64,000 bases of DNA from Phoronis australis (lineage: Eukaryota > Animalia > Phoronida). The notes under the pieces were generated by a model. That model was not told where the DNA came from and ran no database searches. It saw only the letters and a list, made by a program, of their open reading frames with translations. Location of the stretch: the NCBI GenBank assembly GCA_002633005.1, contig NMRA01001033.1, forward strand, positions 1 through 64,000, read 5' to 3'. How positions within the stretch are numbered: the first letter of the stretch is position 1; each line of letters opens with the position of its first letter. Positions 50,745 to 64,000 of this stretch are shown here, one piece after another. The translations under genes were made by a program, and so were the position numbers.

Positions 50745-51070
50745 CACTGTTTGATGGGTTCTGTATTGACATTCCACTAAAGGCAAGGTTAGATACGGAA
50801 GTCAAAGAGTTCTCGCTTATCTGACACCGATATTCCTCACTAAGGCTTTGTAAGACCTTATCAGCAAGTCTGTAAATTTAGTCAAATATAACATAATATA
50901 ATTGGCTTAAGCAATGGTCTATATCTTCTTCACTTAGATTTGCACTTTTCACCAGGACGCCATTAATTGGGTCCCGTTATGCCACCGAAACAAAACTGCG
51001 CTCCTGTCAAACGTATTGAATTTAAAGTCCTGGACTCGAACGTTGTTAACCCTTTTTACATGGTTAGAGG
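50745..51070 (-). repeat. Decayed sequence paralogous to 57420-57670 plus 58165-58230
   Basis: Shared GAAGTCAAAGA..., TTATCAGCAAGTC, CCATTAATTGGGTC and CTGTCAAACGTATTG; translations share CQI..NSLTSVSNL and IRLT.A.FCFGG. Confidence 0.7.
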
Positions 51071-53964
51071 ATGTTATAAGGATCCAAAAAGTACCTACCC
51101 CATAACTAATACACGATACGTACTCTAAAAAAGTTTAAATGAACGCGCCACTCACGATTCGCACCCGAAGAACCACCGCCATTTTCAACTTACCGCGAAC
51201 CCGGAAGTACAATTCATTCAGGAACCCAGGCTAAGAAAACGCCGTCAGTGCGACCGGAGCAGTGCCTGTTACCAGCCTGTCAACGGGGATAAAATAATTG
51301 TCAGCGCGCCTTGAATTTTAATAAAATCAAAACACGGACAATTTTATCGAATTTGCTGAAGAAATGTGGCGAATAAATTTTGACAGAAATTATTTTGCCG
51401 GACTCGGGACCGCAGCCTATCGGACCCGGTGCGGATCGAGACAAGACACAGGCGAACGGTAAAGGCATGCGGTTTCAAACTGTTTTGTCGAAGTAAAAGG
51501 TTCAAATCATAAATGCCGTATACATACAAAGGTAGTTAGAGACACTTGCATGAAATTACGGGCTGGTTAGTCCTGTGTCAGTTTGCCGCGGCAGCCCTTA
51601 GGTTAGCTCACCTCAGTGCCAGCTACCCCCAGTATGAAGACTCGTCAAAATACAGCTTGTTAGTAGTAGACCTCCACAGCTTTGTGCCAAGGCTACCCTT
51701 AGGCCTACCTGGTCCCTGGCCGAAGCGTTCGCTCAAACGAGGTTTATTTATAACTTGGGGTCTTCTGGGGAAGTGTTCAAAGTTGTTGGCTTTCAACAGA
51801 GATTTGCCCAGACATTGCATGAGCGCAACAAGCCTAAAAATTGGGGGGCTGGAATTTTTGGGAATGTCTACCTTTTACTATAAGATTCACTGGGTATGTT
51901 CAGAGCTATGAATTGCAGACGCTAAATTTTGGTACTTCCTGTCTTCTAGTGGAATATTGTCTCGTTTTCTACTTTTTTCGGAGTTCGTGCTTCTCTGACT
52001 GAGGCAGACCTTTTTCCATTTCTCCCAACAGGGGGCTCGTTCCAGCACATAAGTATCTGACAAGTCCAATACAAAATGTTATTTTTTATTCATCAAGCCA
52101 AAGTGATTCAACCTTTTAACATAATAAGTTACTTAAAATGCACAATACTTTACAACATTGAGCATTACTAACACTATTCAACAGCAAAAGCTTCCATGAT
52201 ATGAAAGTGAACATACATGTAACTATTACCATGGTGACCGAATAGTGTTTCCTTACACCAGAATTTGACAAGTATGATTAAAAAATATGAAGTTGCAAGG
52301 AACAAGAATTGGAGGCTTGAAGCTTCACATCGAACATAGCTTTTTTCTCAAATTAAGATTATTCATATTGTTGACTTGATAACCTGAATTAAGAAACAAT
52401 AGCTTACAAAACATGACTTGAAAGCAATTTAGACTTAAAATTTAGAAAAATATGAATCATTTTGTGACATCTAATCAAGCTTTGAACAGCAGTTGACAGT
52501 CAAACAAAAACCCATTTCAAAATTATTTCAACTATTTTTTTAACTTAGTGTAAGATCACCTGATAGGAAATTCACAGTAAATAATTCGTATATCTTATAT
52601 TTTTGCACAAAAAACACGAAAATTGAACAAAGTTCCTTTTTGTAGCAACGTTTGTCAAAGTGTATCAACGTTAAAACTTCAAAAATTACAAAGTAACAGG
52701 TTGAACATGCCTTCCAGTTCAGCAAAAGTCGCCATGTTGTCGGTGCCGCCGCAGAAATGAGACTAAGCCCAACGGGAATTGTGAGCACATTTATCACTTA
52801 ATAAGTAACAACTGCGAGGCTGAAATTTGGTGAAAATTGTTGAATCGTGCAGACTAGTAAGTAAAGATATGTCTCCCTAAATTTCACCGTAAATTGTTGG
52901 CGAAAACAATTTACACAAAGTTTTAAACTCGTATCTTATCCCGCTGTCCTCCAGTATGGCCGACGCGATCCAAACAAAGTGACCCAAATTTCTCCACAAA
53001 AATTGCAATAACTTTACACTGCTTACCCCGATTTTGATACTTTTTCAATTTTTACCGAGTAGAATGCACTAGCTTTCCGATGATAGCAAAGTACTTTTTC
53101 AAAACGAGAAAAAAAATTAAAACGAAAAAAATTGGTTCGACTCATATTGGTTCCTAGGTTCGACCACCCTACGTAAGGAACTAAACACCAATGCTATTTT
53201 AACATAATAAGTACGCGTAACATTCCAAAAAAAATTCAACGACCACTAACTACAAACTATAAATACACTACATATGCAAACGAATCACGAGATATTACTA
53301 ATAAAACAAAATAATGAAGACATTTCGAACAAGCGATAGCACATTCAGTTACAAGGAAAAAGATGGCGGTGTTCAGGACAAGTTCCTGAACTGATGAGCC
53401 GGAAATGTGGGTACGGAAATAAACGATGACAGCCGGTAATTATACGCTCACGGAGAAGGGTCAAATACTGTTAAAAATCGCTTTTGGCAAGAAAGGCGAA
53501 AAGAATATAAAGAAAGCGTGTCGAAAATAAGATTTTATGTAGTAAGTATTTTCGGATACTGGAACCACATGGGCTGTTTGAGAGCAGGACTTTAAGTTCT
53601 TAGCCGTCTCCGTTGTTTACAACAAATATCTTGTAATCCGTAAGTAGAAACTACTTGTTCAAGCTACTTAATATCTAACCTCTCAACAATATGTTCCATT
53701 CTTTGAAAACGGAACGTGAGTTTTGAAAGTTAATTACAGTAATTAAAGATCATTTTGGCAAAGAAATTATTGAAATGAAATCACAACTAAAGAAGGTATC
53801 TATTGCACCCACTTTAAATTGAATTGAGCAGAAAATTTTGAGATTTTATGAAAGTCTCATATTATTTCGGAATGCGTTTACATAGCGTTTTTTTCAGTAA
53901 AAGTTCCACATTCTCAAAAACCCGAGCCCCCCACCCCCATTTGTTAGGCTGGGTGCACGCATGC

Positions 53965-54480
53965 CAACCACACATATTTTTGCGATTTCCAGCCATGAAA
54001 AACTTTCCCGAAATTCCCGTTTAATTACAACTTCCCTCTTGCACTAATCTTTTAACGGCTATAGATTTCTGGGATAACATATGGGTTATGGAACACCGCC
54101 ACCAAAGTAGCATGAAACCAACCAGTGAAACCAAAAAATACGCGCCGACATTTGCAGCCAACAGACAGCGAATGAAACGTACATCCTTCAATTCTCTAAC
54201 GGTTGGAAGATCTTTGAAGTGAGGGTTTTGAAATGCTATGGTTGAGCAAGAAATGGGTCAAATGGAGAAGAACTGGCATTCCGTCAATCAGAGCAGATTT
54301 TAGAATCGAGCAACTGCATTCGTAACTTAACCACGCAGTACAAGATTCAAAATTCAAATTTTTGTGTCAACCCATAATGTTTGATAAAACTTTGCGGCGC
54401 TGAGGAAAATGTTCGTCAAATAAATAATGAAATGTACCAACACGTCGTATTTAGTTGGGATATATGTGAATTTAATATGC
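53965..54480 (+). repeat. Unclassified interspersed repeat, copy 2
   Basis: Aligns with 61367-61860 and partly with 47840-48150. Confidence 0.85.
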
Positions 54481-55603
54481 CACCCGTTCCAAACTCCGTA
54501 ACAGCATTCAAGAGTTTACTAAATGCAAGCCGTTACATGCTTGCAGCTCACTGTAATATATTATTACAATACATTACACACTGTAATTTTCTTCAACAGC
54601 TCGCAATTAGACGGCCTTTTCTTTGAGCAACGAGAACAAGTGTGAAGTCGCGATACCTAAGAGTTCTGGGATAGTGGTACTTTCATCTGAGGCTGCCACA
54701 CTGTAAATTCGGAGCAAAATACAGATTACCGCTAGTCTCGAAGCTGAATATAAGCCAAAATCTTGGCAACAAGAGTAAATATCGACTTGATCCTGGAGTG
54801 CATTGTAACACGCATTTAGGACTCGTTGAAGAGTGTTACAGTGTACAATGTCAGATGATTGACTGTGGGTTTGTTTAAAAGGTAGCTATGCTTTGAGATT
54901 GTGCGTAGATGGAGAGTGAATATTCAAATTCAGTAATTAATTTATTATATGATAACCCCTAATTTGACAAATGAAACCTATTGTTAATTAAGTAATCAAC
55001 TACAAAGAGTAACTACGCTAGCGCCCTCTTTAAAGATTACTTTAATCAAACAACCAAAACAATCAAATGTCCTATCTGCTATCCAAGCTAGGACTCTCCA
55101 CTTGTTGGATGTCTGTCCTGTTGGTGAATCTTCGAACTACACACACACTGTGTAGCGACAGTGTACTTGCTGGTCACCGCCTCTGGTGATGCAACACTTG
55201 CAGGTAATTTCTTTTGCCCGCGAATCTTCTTGCTGGTCACAGTCTCTGGCTGATGACGCAACACTTCATGTTGTATCTTACTACCCACGATGCAAGTGAC
55301 AAGCTCTTAGTTAACTTCCTGTTCGTTAACCCTTGCCCTTGCCAAGATCCTTTCTAGAATCTTCCACGAGATGGCTCNNNNNNNNNNNNNNNNNNNNNNN
55401 NNNNNNNNNNNNNNNNNNNNNNNNNNNNNNNNNNNNNNNNNNNNNNNNNNNNNNNNNNNNNNNNNNNNNNNNNNNNNNNNNNNNNNNNNNNNNNNNNNNN
55501 NNNNNNNNNNNNNNNNNNNNNNNNNNNNNNNNNNNNNNNNNNNNNNNNNNNNNNNNNNNNNNNNNNNNNNNNNNNNNNNNNNNNNNNNNNNNNNNNNNNN
55601 NNN

Positions 55604-55635
55604 NGAGAGGGAGAGGGAGAGGGAGAGAGAGAGAG
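55604..55635 (+). repeat. GA-rich microsatellite at a gap edge
   Basis: (GAGAGG)n then (GA)n. Confidence 0.9.
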
Positions 55636-55664
55636 ACATGAACGCCTTAAACAGACCCCAAACA

Positions 55665-56440
55665 TAACAACGGCCACTATGAGACGTTTATTACGTCGTC
55701 AAATCTATCTAGAAACCAATAGGTCTGGTGTCATCGCCTTAATAACGGAAACTTATTTGCAAAAAAATGATAAAAATGCAACACGAAGTTCTAAAGATGC
55801 AGAGGGAAATGGGAAAAATAAAATTGTCACTAGGGGGCACAGCGGTAGTCAGTTCTATCTAAACATCATCGTCTTCTGTTGTAACCTCAATACAAGGCAA
55901 TTGCTAAATTTAGCAAAGATTCTGCTTAGGCTTAAAGATATACAGCCACATACGCAGAAAAAAAACAGTGCCACCAAGAGGAGCCACAGTACTCGGTGCC
56001 TTCCTAAAATCATCGTCAGCTTTTCCCAGTAAGAACATATATGCCATTTTCATAATAATCTCAAGAGTGATTTGGTCGACTGAGTGGTGAACACCAAAAA
56101 CCGACACAAAAATAATAATAAAAACGGCCACTAGTTTACATGTACTACATCAAATCCAACTAAAAACGGAAGGTGTCGTCGCAATGTTAATAGAAGTCTA
56201 CTTGATGAATTTCATAAAAATCTGTTCAAGAACTCCAACGTTCCCTAGGAAAACAGAAAAAAAAAACTTGCCACTAGGGAGCACAGCAGCAGTCGGATCC
56301 GTTTGAAAGCCGTGGACAGCTGTCGTCACCTTCAAATAGAGCCATGGTAACAAAAAACTGCCATGAGGGGGAGCCTTTGTACTTGGAGTCGTAGGAAGGT
56401 CATCGTCAGTCGTCCACTTCCCAGTATGAACATACTCTTT
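55665..56440 (+). repeat. Decayed tandem array, ~450-bp higher-order unit of three monomers, two copies
   Basis: A-run plus GCCACTAG-like motif at ~55672, 55826, 55970, 56127, 56270 and 56360. Confidence 0.6.
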
Positions 56441-59080
56441 GTTAGTTCTTGATGATTATACCAGAGGCAAAACAAAAATAACTCAATCCATAAGTAATTA
56501 TTATTTCGCATACCTGACTGGTTTAAAAATACTTTGTAATTCTAAAAAACACGATTTTTACGAAAATGCGAATATTAACAGCGTATAATAGTAACACAAA
56601 AAGAAAGGTACCAGGGGGATTGTATAAATGATTAGTTAAGCCATTGGGGGAAATAATTTCAATGATTCAAAACATTTCTACTCCTTAAAGACAAAGGTTT
56701 TAGAATACGCATCCCTCACACTTCCTGTGAATAATTTAGTCCAGCATTTATCCAAAATTATACATCTTTATATATTATAATTAATTGAACCTTTGGTGCC
56801 GTTTGATACAATTGCATTTTCCAGAAAAATTTAGAATCCAATTGATTTTACGAAAATTGCAAAAAATCTACTCCAAGTATCTATCCGAAATTTACAGATA
56901 AAGGTTTTCTGATAAACGAAAAATGGGAAAAGATCGATCACGTAGCTTTGAAATGTACTGTGGATAGCTCATCACATTGGTTGCAGTCTAGGACTTTCTC
57001 TACACGTTTCGAAATAAACTCTTTCTTCAGAAAGTAAAAGTTAGTGATCCTGATACATACAGTGTATTTTACCGTAAAAAAGAAGACACTGGAACAAGTT
57101 TTTACAATTGTTATGTTACTAAAGAAAGTCAACTCTGGAAACATTCAAGAACAAAAAAATGGAGGATAAGAACAGAAACTTCTGGGTCTATGCCAAAACG
57201 TAAGAGTGAAATTCTCGTACTGACAGCGTTTTTGTCGAACGGTAGATTTAATACCCAAAAATGCCTGACAACGTTTTTTGTTGTTCTTTATAGTTGAATG
57301 TGAAATTGCGTGTGTCACAAAAACCCATGACACGCCCCATTTTTTTCTTTTTTGTCCAAAAGGAAAATATAGCGATGTAGCCTGGGAAATTACAATAGCA
57401 TCGTGATGATATGTCAGTTTCACTGTTTGATGGGTCCTGCATTGGCATTCCACTAGGCAGGTTTGATACTGAAGTCAAAGAATTATCTCTTATCTGACAC
57501 GCATATGTATCATCAAGCCTTGGTACGACTTTATCAGCAAGTCCGTAAACTTTAGTCAAATATCGCGTATAACACAATATATTTTGCTTCAGTAATGGTC
57601 TGTATTTTGTTCACGTAGAAAAAATGCAAAATTTTATTTCCACTTTTCACCAGGAAACCATTAATTGGGTCACGTGTCTTTTTGATAAAATTGAACAAAA
57701 AGAAGGTACGCCATTTTCACGATCGGTTTTTATTTATCATGTTATAAGCGTTCTAGATCAAACCTCAGTAAAGCGGTTGCACTTTTCCAAATTATCGCTT
57801 AGATTTGGTTTATACCACTGTCTATTCGAGCATTGAAAAGTAGACAAGTATCTTAAGTTTGCACAAAAATACAGCATGGAGGACAGAGAAGGCCAAAAAT
57901 AATTTCGAGTTCGATTGATTTCGGCTAAAAGATTAGACCACGGGTTCTGGTCACGCGTACCCGTGTTGCATTGGTGTGATAACTCATGTACAAGTCGGTA
58001 TGTTTAGCCGAGTCGCTATCTTCAGAACCACAGAACGTAACTGAACGAAAGTATACTAGCTGAAGACCATGCTTTGTATGTGAGCAGGTCAGTGTCAACA
58101 TTGGAAGTGCAATAGGCCGCAGCTGCACTCCAACTGGCCCTGGCAGCCGACTGCACCGTTCCACCAAAACAAAACTCCGCTTCTGTCAAACGTATTGGAT
58201 TTAAGTTCTCAGCCATCTCCATGGTTAGGAACAGATTTCTTGGAATTCTTGTGTAGGTGACCACTTCTTCAAGCAACTAAATATACTACTACCTCTAAAC
58301 AATGTCTAGTCCTAGACAGATGTTTGCGCAGATTATAACAACTATTTAGCTAACGATATCCGCGATCAGAAATTAAATCGATATTCTCTAAACGCGAGAC
58401 AGGATTGCATAGTATTTAATGGTTCGTGCGCAAACACTCCTTCTTGCACGTCACTATTTTCGAATTAAAAAAACAATGGGTCTATTGTAGCCGGCGTGGT
58501 CATGCCTAATCTAGAAACAAACCACTCCTCGTTTTCCCACACCTGGTGAAATGTGCGCCTCTCTCTTTTACTTTAGGGTGAACGTTCAAGCCACGAAATA
58601 GCTAAAGGAGGGGACTAGGAAATGCGTCAACGACGCTGAGAAACTGAAAAGGGACCTAAATCATGAGTCTTGTTATTCATTGAAGCGAGTTGACATTAAA
58701 ACAGGTTCGCAGGTGGACTTTTTATCCCAATACTGACCAAACGCTTAACATTAGCGTTCACATAAAATAGGCGGCTTCGAAGAAATTATTTGTAGATTGA
58801 TGTCAGTGTGCAAAACACTGATATTCTGGCCATTCACAGCCTATCATCAAGGGCAAACAGGGTCTAACTACTACAAGTTATTGGAATACTAAGAATAATT
58901 CTAGAAGTTGTAAGGGAATCTGCCGTCTGGTTTGGATTGGCACGATCGTTGATCACACGTCATAAGAACGTGACTTATCGAACCACAGGCAGTTTAGCTT
59001 ACGTTAGTTTGGCGGAAGCAATACTCGCCGAACTGAATAGCTGTGATTAAAATGACAGTGTAGAAACCTCCAAAAGAACA

Positions 59081-59743
59081 CAGTGGCGGATCTAGGATAT
59101 CACAAGGGGGGGCCCAACATTTTGTCCGACTGTAAACATTTGCGCAAACTGAACCACGATTGTAGATGCGCATAGCACCGAATGGGGGGAGGTCGGGAGG
59201 GGGTTTGCCCCCTCACGCTCAGGAAATTTTTCTGTTTTTACCTCTAAAAATCAAGCATTTTTCTTGATTCCTGAAGTATTATCCAAGAAAAAAAGGCAAA
59301 AAAAAAACACGGAGAACGTGTCAAACAGGAAAAACTGCAAGTATCAAAAGACTCGAACTCACGACCTTGCGCACAGAGCGCGCGTGCGTTACCACTACAC
59401 CACCACGATTTCACTACTACTCTCATACTAAGAGACCTACTTGTTTATGGTCCACAGCGTTTGCGCGCGAAACCTACTTCTTTTTGTAATGCTTATTACA
59501 CGTTTTGTGCCATCGATTCTTAACAAATTTGTCGTATTTAAAATAGTCTTCAAATGCCCAAAAGNNNNNNNNNNNNNNNNNNNNNNNNNNNNNNNNNNNN
59601 NNNNNNNNNNNNNNNNNNNNNNNNNNNNNNNNNNNNNNNNNNNNNNNNNNNNNNNNNNNNNNNNNNNNNNNNNNNNNNNNNNNNNNNNNNNNNNNNNNNN
59701 NNNNNNNNNNNNNNNNNNNNNNNNNNNNNNNNNNCCGCCTATG
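59081..59743. mobile_element. MITE CAGTGGCGGATCTAGG...CCGCCTATG with 5-bp TSD GAACA and an internal tRNA-like segment
   Basis: GAACA at 59076-59080 and 59744-59748; minus-strand A box GGTGTAGTGG and B box GAGTTCGAGTC at ~59349-59403. Confidence 0.8.
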
Positions 59744-61366
59744 GAACACAACGAAAAGTGGAAATTATAAGGCAGAGAAGTCCCAAATGGAATTCGCTCT
59801 AATCTTGTCCTCTTGATTGCTCAGGTTACCCCAAAAGTTCCGACATGTAGGATGGCGACAGCAAATATTTGATTCAACTGAACAACCATCGCTGACATCT
59901 GAATAAGGAGATGGGAGAGGTCGAACGTGACACCAAATTAATAGACGTGTCAGTTGACGACAGCATGTAAGTCCTGTAAGCAGCGATGCTCTTCTAAGTT
60001 AATTTTCGGGAACGGTTAGGCTGCTCCCTTTAGTAAACCTTCAACTCTTCACTACACAGTTTATTAGCGAAACGATATTAAACTTGGTGATAAAGTAGTT
60101 TGTCAGCTTCGTTTTCCAGCGTCGTCAGAGATACACTGAAAACGGAGAGGAAGCTGGGAGCTACCACTGAAGCATTGTCAAAAATGAAAAAGGCAGGACA
60201 TCTACTTACCTTGCAAACGAGCGTCTTGCACTCATAAACCAACGTAACTTTAAGTACAGAGACAATGCCCTGTCTTTTAGATGTATCATTTCTGTTCTTT
60301 GATTTGAAAATTATGTCATCCTTAAATTATCTGTTATTGAGTGAATTACAAACGGAGTGCAGCATTTCAAGACAACCTCTTCGTTGCAGAAGGAGCAAGC
60401 CAAGCTTTAGCAGCTACGCATACTCCAATCTAACAATTGGTCGTCTCAAAAGAGTCAAAACAACAAAGTAGCGTGGAGGCATTCAAGTACAAAGTTGGTC
60501 ATACCGACGGCCGGATTTAGGATCTGACGCTGCAATTGTACCAGGTAAGTCATTTATATGAGCGCGTCTTGTGCTGCGTGGATATTTAGGTACGACACAC
60601 ACACGCGCGCGCGCGCACGGATAGATAATTGTTGTCTTGATAACTGTGGAACGAAATGTTGCCTCAAACCTAGCCCACTCCATTTTCTTCATTTAGGGGG
60701 CTACAATGTCTTGAACCGTGGCTTCAGATCCAAATGAAATACACACAGTACTGTTTCCGCACCATTTGTGTGTAACGTATGTTCATCACCCTTTATTTCA
60801 GCGTTCCGTCTTCGAAAGTACCCAAACTGACTCAATGGCGTCTTTGGATTGCCACGTGCATGGAGCCGTAGTGGAGCGCAGTTTCTCCATCGATGAAGTC
60901 ACATTGTACGTGACGCCGAGTTGCAGCGTGACTGCGTAACTTGCCAGATTGAATGCCCTGAATTCCATCGACTCAGTGTATGATGTTGTCTAGCACCAGT
61001 TCGCTGATAAGAGAATTTTGCGTGACGCGAACCGTGGAGACTAGAAATGAAATTTACCGAAGGTTGTGCTGCCTCGGGAATACTCATCTCTCATTGTAAA
61101 TATGTGCATAGCTTTTGAAATTGATGTCATTTGAAAATGCTTGTCAATTAAATAATTAATTGTACCAACGCGTAGTTTTTATTTGGGGTATTTGTGAATC
61201 TAATATGCTCTCTACAACGCCTCCTGTCTCAACAAGTGTATTGCCTGCATTCATACAGTAATTTTCGAATTTTCCTTGCCACGTTTGTTGGCTTGTGACC
61301 GGAACTAAAGGTCTCAACAGGCCACCGTAGTGTTTCACTTTCGTAAGGTGCACTGGCGTGAGTGCC

Positions 61367-61960
61367 AACCATACATATTTTTTGCAGTTCCCAGCATGCG
61401 AAACTTTTTTGAGTTTATTGTTTAACTACAACTTCCCTCTTGCATTAATCTTTTAACGGCTACGGATTTGTGGGATAACTTATGGGTTATGGGACACCGC
61501 CACCAAAGTAGCATGAAACCAACTAGTGAAACCAAAAAACACACACCAACATTTTCAGCCAACAGACAACGAATGAGTCGTACATCCTACAATTCTCTAA
61601 CCGCGGGAAGGTCTGCTAAGTGAGTGTTTTCAAAGATCACGATTGGATCAAGGGAAGAAGAAGTAGCATTCCGTCAATCAGAGCAGATTTTAGAATAGAG
61701 CAACTGCACGCAGTAAGAAGATTCAAAATTCAAATTTCTATGTCAACTCATAATCCTTGGTGAAACTGTGGGGCTCTGAGGAAAATGCTTGTCAAATAAA
61801 TAGTGAAATGTACCAACGCGTCGTTTTTATTTGGGATATCTGTGAATCTAATATGCTCTTGACAACGTCCACTGTTTGAACAAGTGTATGGCCAGCATTC
61901 GTACAGTAGGTTGCGAATTTGCCTCTGCTAAGTGTGTTGGCTTGTGGCCGGAACTAAGTC
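61367..61960 (+). repeat. Unclassified interspersed repeat, copy 3, preceded by a partial copy of its tail (61160-61310)
   Basis: 61160-61310 matches 61810-61958 (TGTACCAACGCGT...CCGGAACTAA). Confidence 0.85.
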
Positions 61961-62015
61961 ACCGGAGAGGTTCCCCTTTCGTCACGTTCTATAAATAGAG
62001 GTTACTGAATGGTTC

Positions 62016-62361
62016 TGGCGTTATTAAACGTTTTTTGAGGAACGAGATGTTTTTTTAAAAAACTCTGTACGCTGCGATCAAACTTCCAAAAACAGTTTCT
62101 TTTGTAAGTCTCCTCACCAAACTTGGCAAACTGGCATCACTGAATTTATAAGACATCTTGACAGAGCAGACAACAAATATTGCTGTACTTTTATTGTCAT
62201 TAGTGTTGACTTATGACGTCATCAAAATGACGGAACTTAAGTTTCTACCAGACGGCAAGAGGTAGTTATATTACAGAAAAGTGAGGGAGAAATAGGTTCA
62301 TACTCGAGTGATATTTTTTCTAAAAAACATCTTGTTCCTCATAATAAGTTTAATAACGCCA
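62016..62361. mobile_element. Unclassified inverted-repeat element
   Basis: TGGCGTTATTAAAC...TGAGGAACGAGATGTTTTTT is inverted to AAAAAACATCTTGTTCCTCA...GTTTAATAACGCCA. Confidence 0.6.
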
Positions 62362-63259
62362 TAACAACGCTTAATAGTGGTAATACCCTGAGACATCTTA
62401 ATACTATAGTGTGATGTCTATGGGTAATACAGTTTTAAGTTTTGGAATTTTTGAGGACGTGTCCGTATAGCAGGAGATATTGACATGGACATGTGGCCTG
62501 GTATATAAATTTCATTGCAAAGGGTAATCTGTGTTAACTTGCTGTAACAATATCCAAATCTGTTGTGTTCCGTTTGGTTTGTCTAGTACGAAAATCTCCG
62601 TTGTCTCGCTCTCTTGAAAATCCACCAGGTGTCTCTTCGTCTGATTTCAAATATTCGTCTGCTACACGGAATTTAGTGAAAGTTGCTTGTATTTCCTTTC
62701 TCTTTAAATTCAGATGGATAACGAACTTTCCTGTAATTTTAAGAAATGTCGTAACCGCCTGGACACCCACGTATGGGTAAGACTTCTGTCTGCTACTTCG
62801 TTGAAATCATTCTTCGAAGTCGTAAGCCTAGTGTGACTGTGTCATCGTTTCGGTTACAACCTCGCCAGTGTGCTTTGTTGTGAGTCAGTGCTGTGTAAAC
62901 ATGAGTACAATTCAGGCTTTCTAAGTTTTTGTGTGGGTCGCTTTTCTTGGCAACAATCAATCAGCACTTTTGTTTGGAATTTTTCAAATTATTTTTCATG
63001 AAGTCAGCCATCGACTGTTTAATGATGAGGTACCACTATTTTGAGGCGATTTGGACCCACAAATTGGAATAGTCACATTTAAATTTTCGAAAATTTTGCC
63101 GGTCTTGGATTTTTCCGATTCAGGTAACCACTTGCGCAATTTAAGACTTGATTATTTTTACAAAATGTTGTGTTTGGATTAATCGCTGTTGTCCGACAAT
63201 GTCAACGTTTGCACCCATTTTATGCTTTCGGAGAGTTCAGAAGGATTGGGATTGACCAG

Positions 63260-63512
63260 GGGTCCGTTCCAAGAAACTGACTTAAGTTCATTTTTGACTT
63301 AAGTCTAAGATTTGTCTTAACTTCCAATCTTTGAAACTTGCACACATCAGGTAAGTTCGTCAAAATTAAGACCAAACTTACGTCAAACATTTAAATCAAG
63401 CTTAAGATCTCTTTCTTGCAATGATTTTGAAACAAATTTATTAACTTTTATTTTAAAATTTAGTGAAATCTAAGAATTGTCTTAGCTAAGTCAGTTTTGT
63501 TGGAACGGGCCC
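63260..63512. mobile_element. PIF/Harbinger-type MITE
   Basis: TIRs GGGTCCGTTCCAAGAAACTGACTTA / TAAGTCAGTTTTGTTGGAACGGGCCC with CWG flanks (CAG, CTG). Confidence 0.8.
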
Positions 63513-64000
63513 CTGGGTTCTAGCAGCATATATGTCAAAACACTCAAGCTGAAATTTAGCGACAAGGTGACCGCGGCCATTACCTGGTTAGTCAGTTTTC
63601 GCGGTGTGGCGTATGGAGAAACATGGTGTCCGATATTAAGGTTCTCTGAAGGTTTGGTTGTTGTGTTTTTGAAGATCAGTCGGAACATAAATGTGGCTTT
63701 CAGTGACAAGATATAGTAACAGAACAATTCCGTGAAGGTAAATCTTTATTTCAGCAAAGAATTTACAACAATCCGTAGTATTTTCAATTAAATATAATGC
63801 AAAATGTTTCAAAACGTCCGATAATTAGGTCACTTGAGTGTACACAAAATTGTCGGAAGACACGGCACTGTTGTCTCTTTGCTTATTTATTGGACATTCT
63901 CTCGAACTTCCGGGTATACTCCTTCATCCTCCAATTAAAAGGTTGTCTAGGACCCTAACAAACGACCCTAAATCTAAGTCAAATATCGAAAGAACTATTC

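Noticed and set aside
49700-51070. Prokaryotic-Argonaute-like relic, suggested by IRLTxAxFCFGG..DPING and a later VGID
   Set aside because: The resemblance is a few residues across broken frames with no coherent MID or PIWI motifs; it needs a profile search.
51546-52069. Protein-coding ORFs of 60-121 aa
   Set aside because: Overlapping on both strands, with non-ATG starts and no recognisable motif.
52800-53175. Tc1/mariner MITE ending GACCACCCTACGTA
   Set aside because: Only one candidate end was found, with no partner TIR or TSD.

Overview
This is eukaryotic, AT-rich, transposon-dominated DNA from a draft assembly with N-gaps at 2176-2937, 40252-40699, 55378-55603 and 59565-59734. The mix of element families suggests a marine invertebrate (inference). 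I recognise no intact host gene, rRNA, canonical tRNA or CRISPR array. Two copies of one block, A (1-~15533) and B (~31004-40128), differ by reciprocal insertions whose empty sites are visible in the other copy. The shared block holds a Crypton-like hairpin element with a tRNA-like core, a degenerate Ngaro/DIRS tyrosine-recombinase retrotransposon and a Penelope 3' fragment. Copy B adds an internally deleted Kolobok (THAP transposase plus convergent KolX, 158-bp TIRs, TTAA) inside the recombinase gene, and an AcademH derivative with a RecQ-helicase remnant and 9-bp TSD. Copy A adds an 8.2-kb TTAA element carrying a foldback-like element and a putative three-exon transcript. Elsewhere are two Sola3-like transposase relics, a P-type element (7-bp TSD) carrying an intact PHD-finger-like ORF, six MITEs with 5-bp TSDs, Harbinger and Mutator-like MITEs, a 51-bp minisatellite and a decayed array with CTCF-like motifs. 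All family assignments come from motif recognition by eye; no searches were run.
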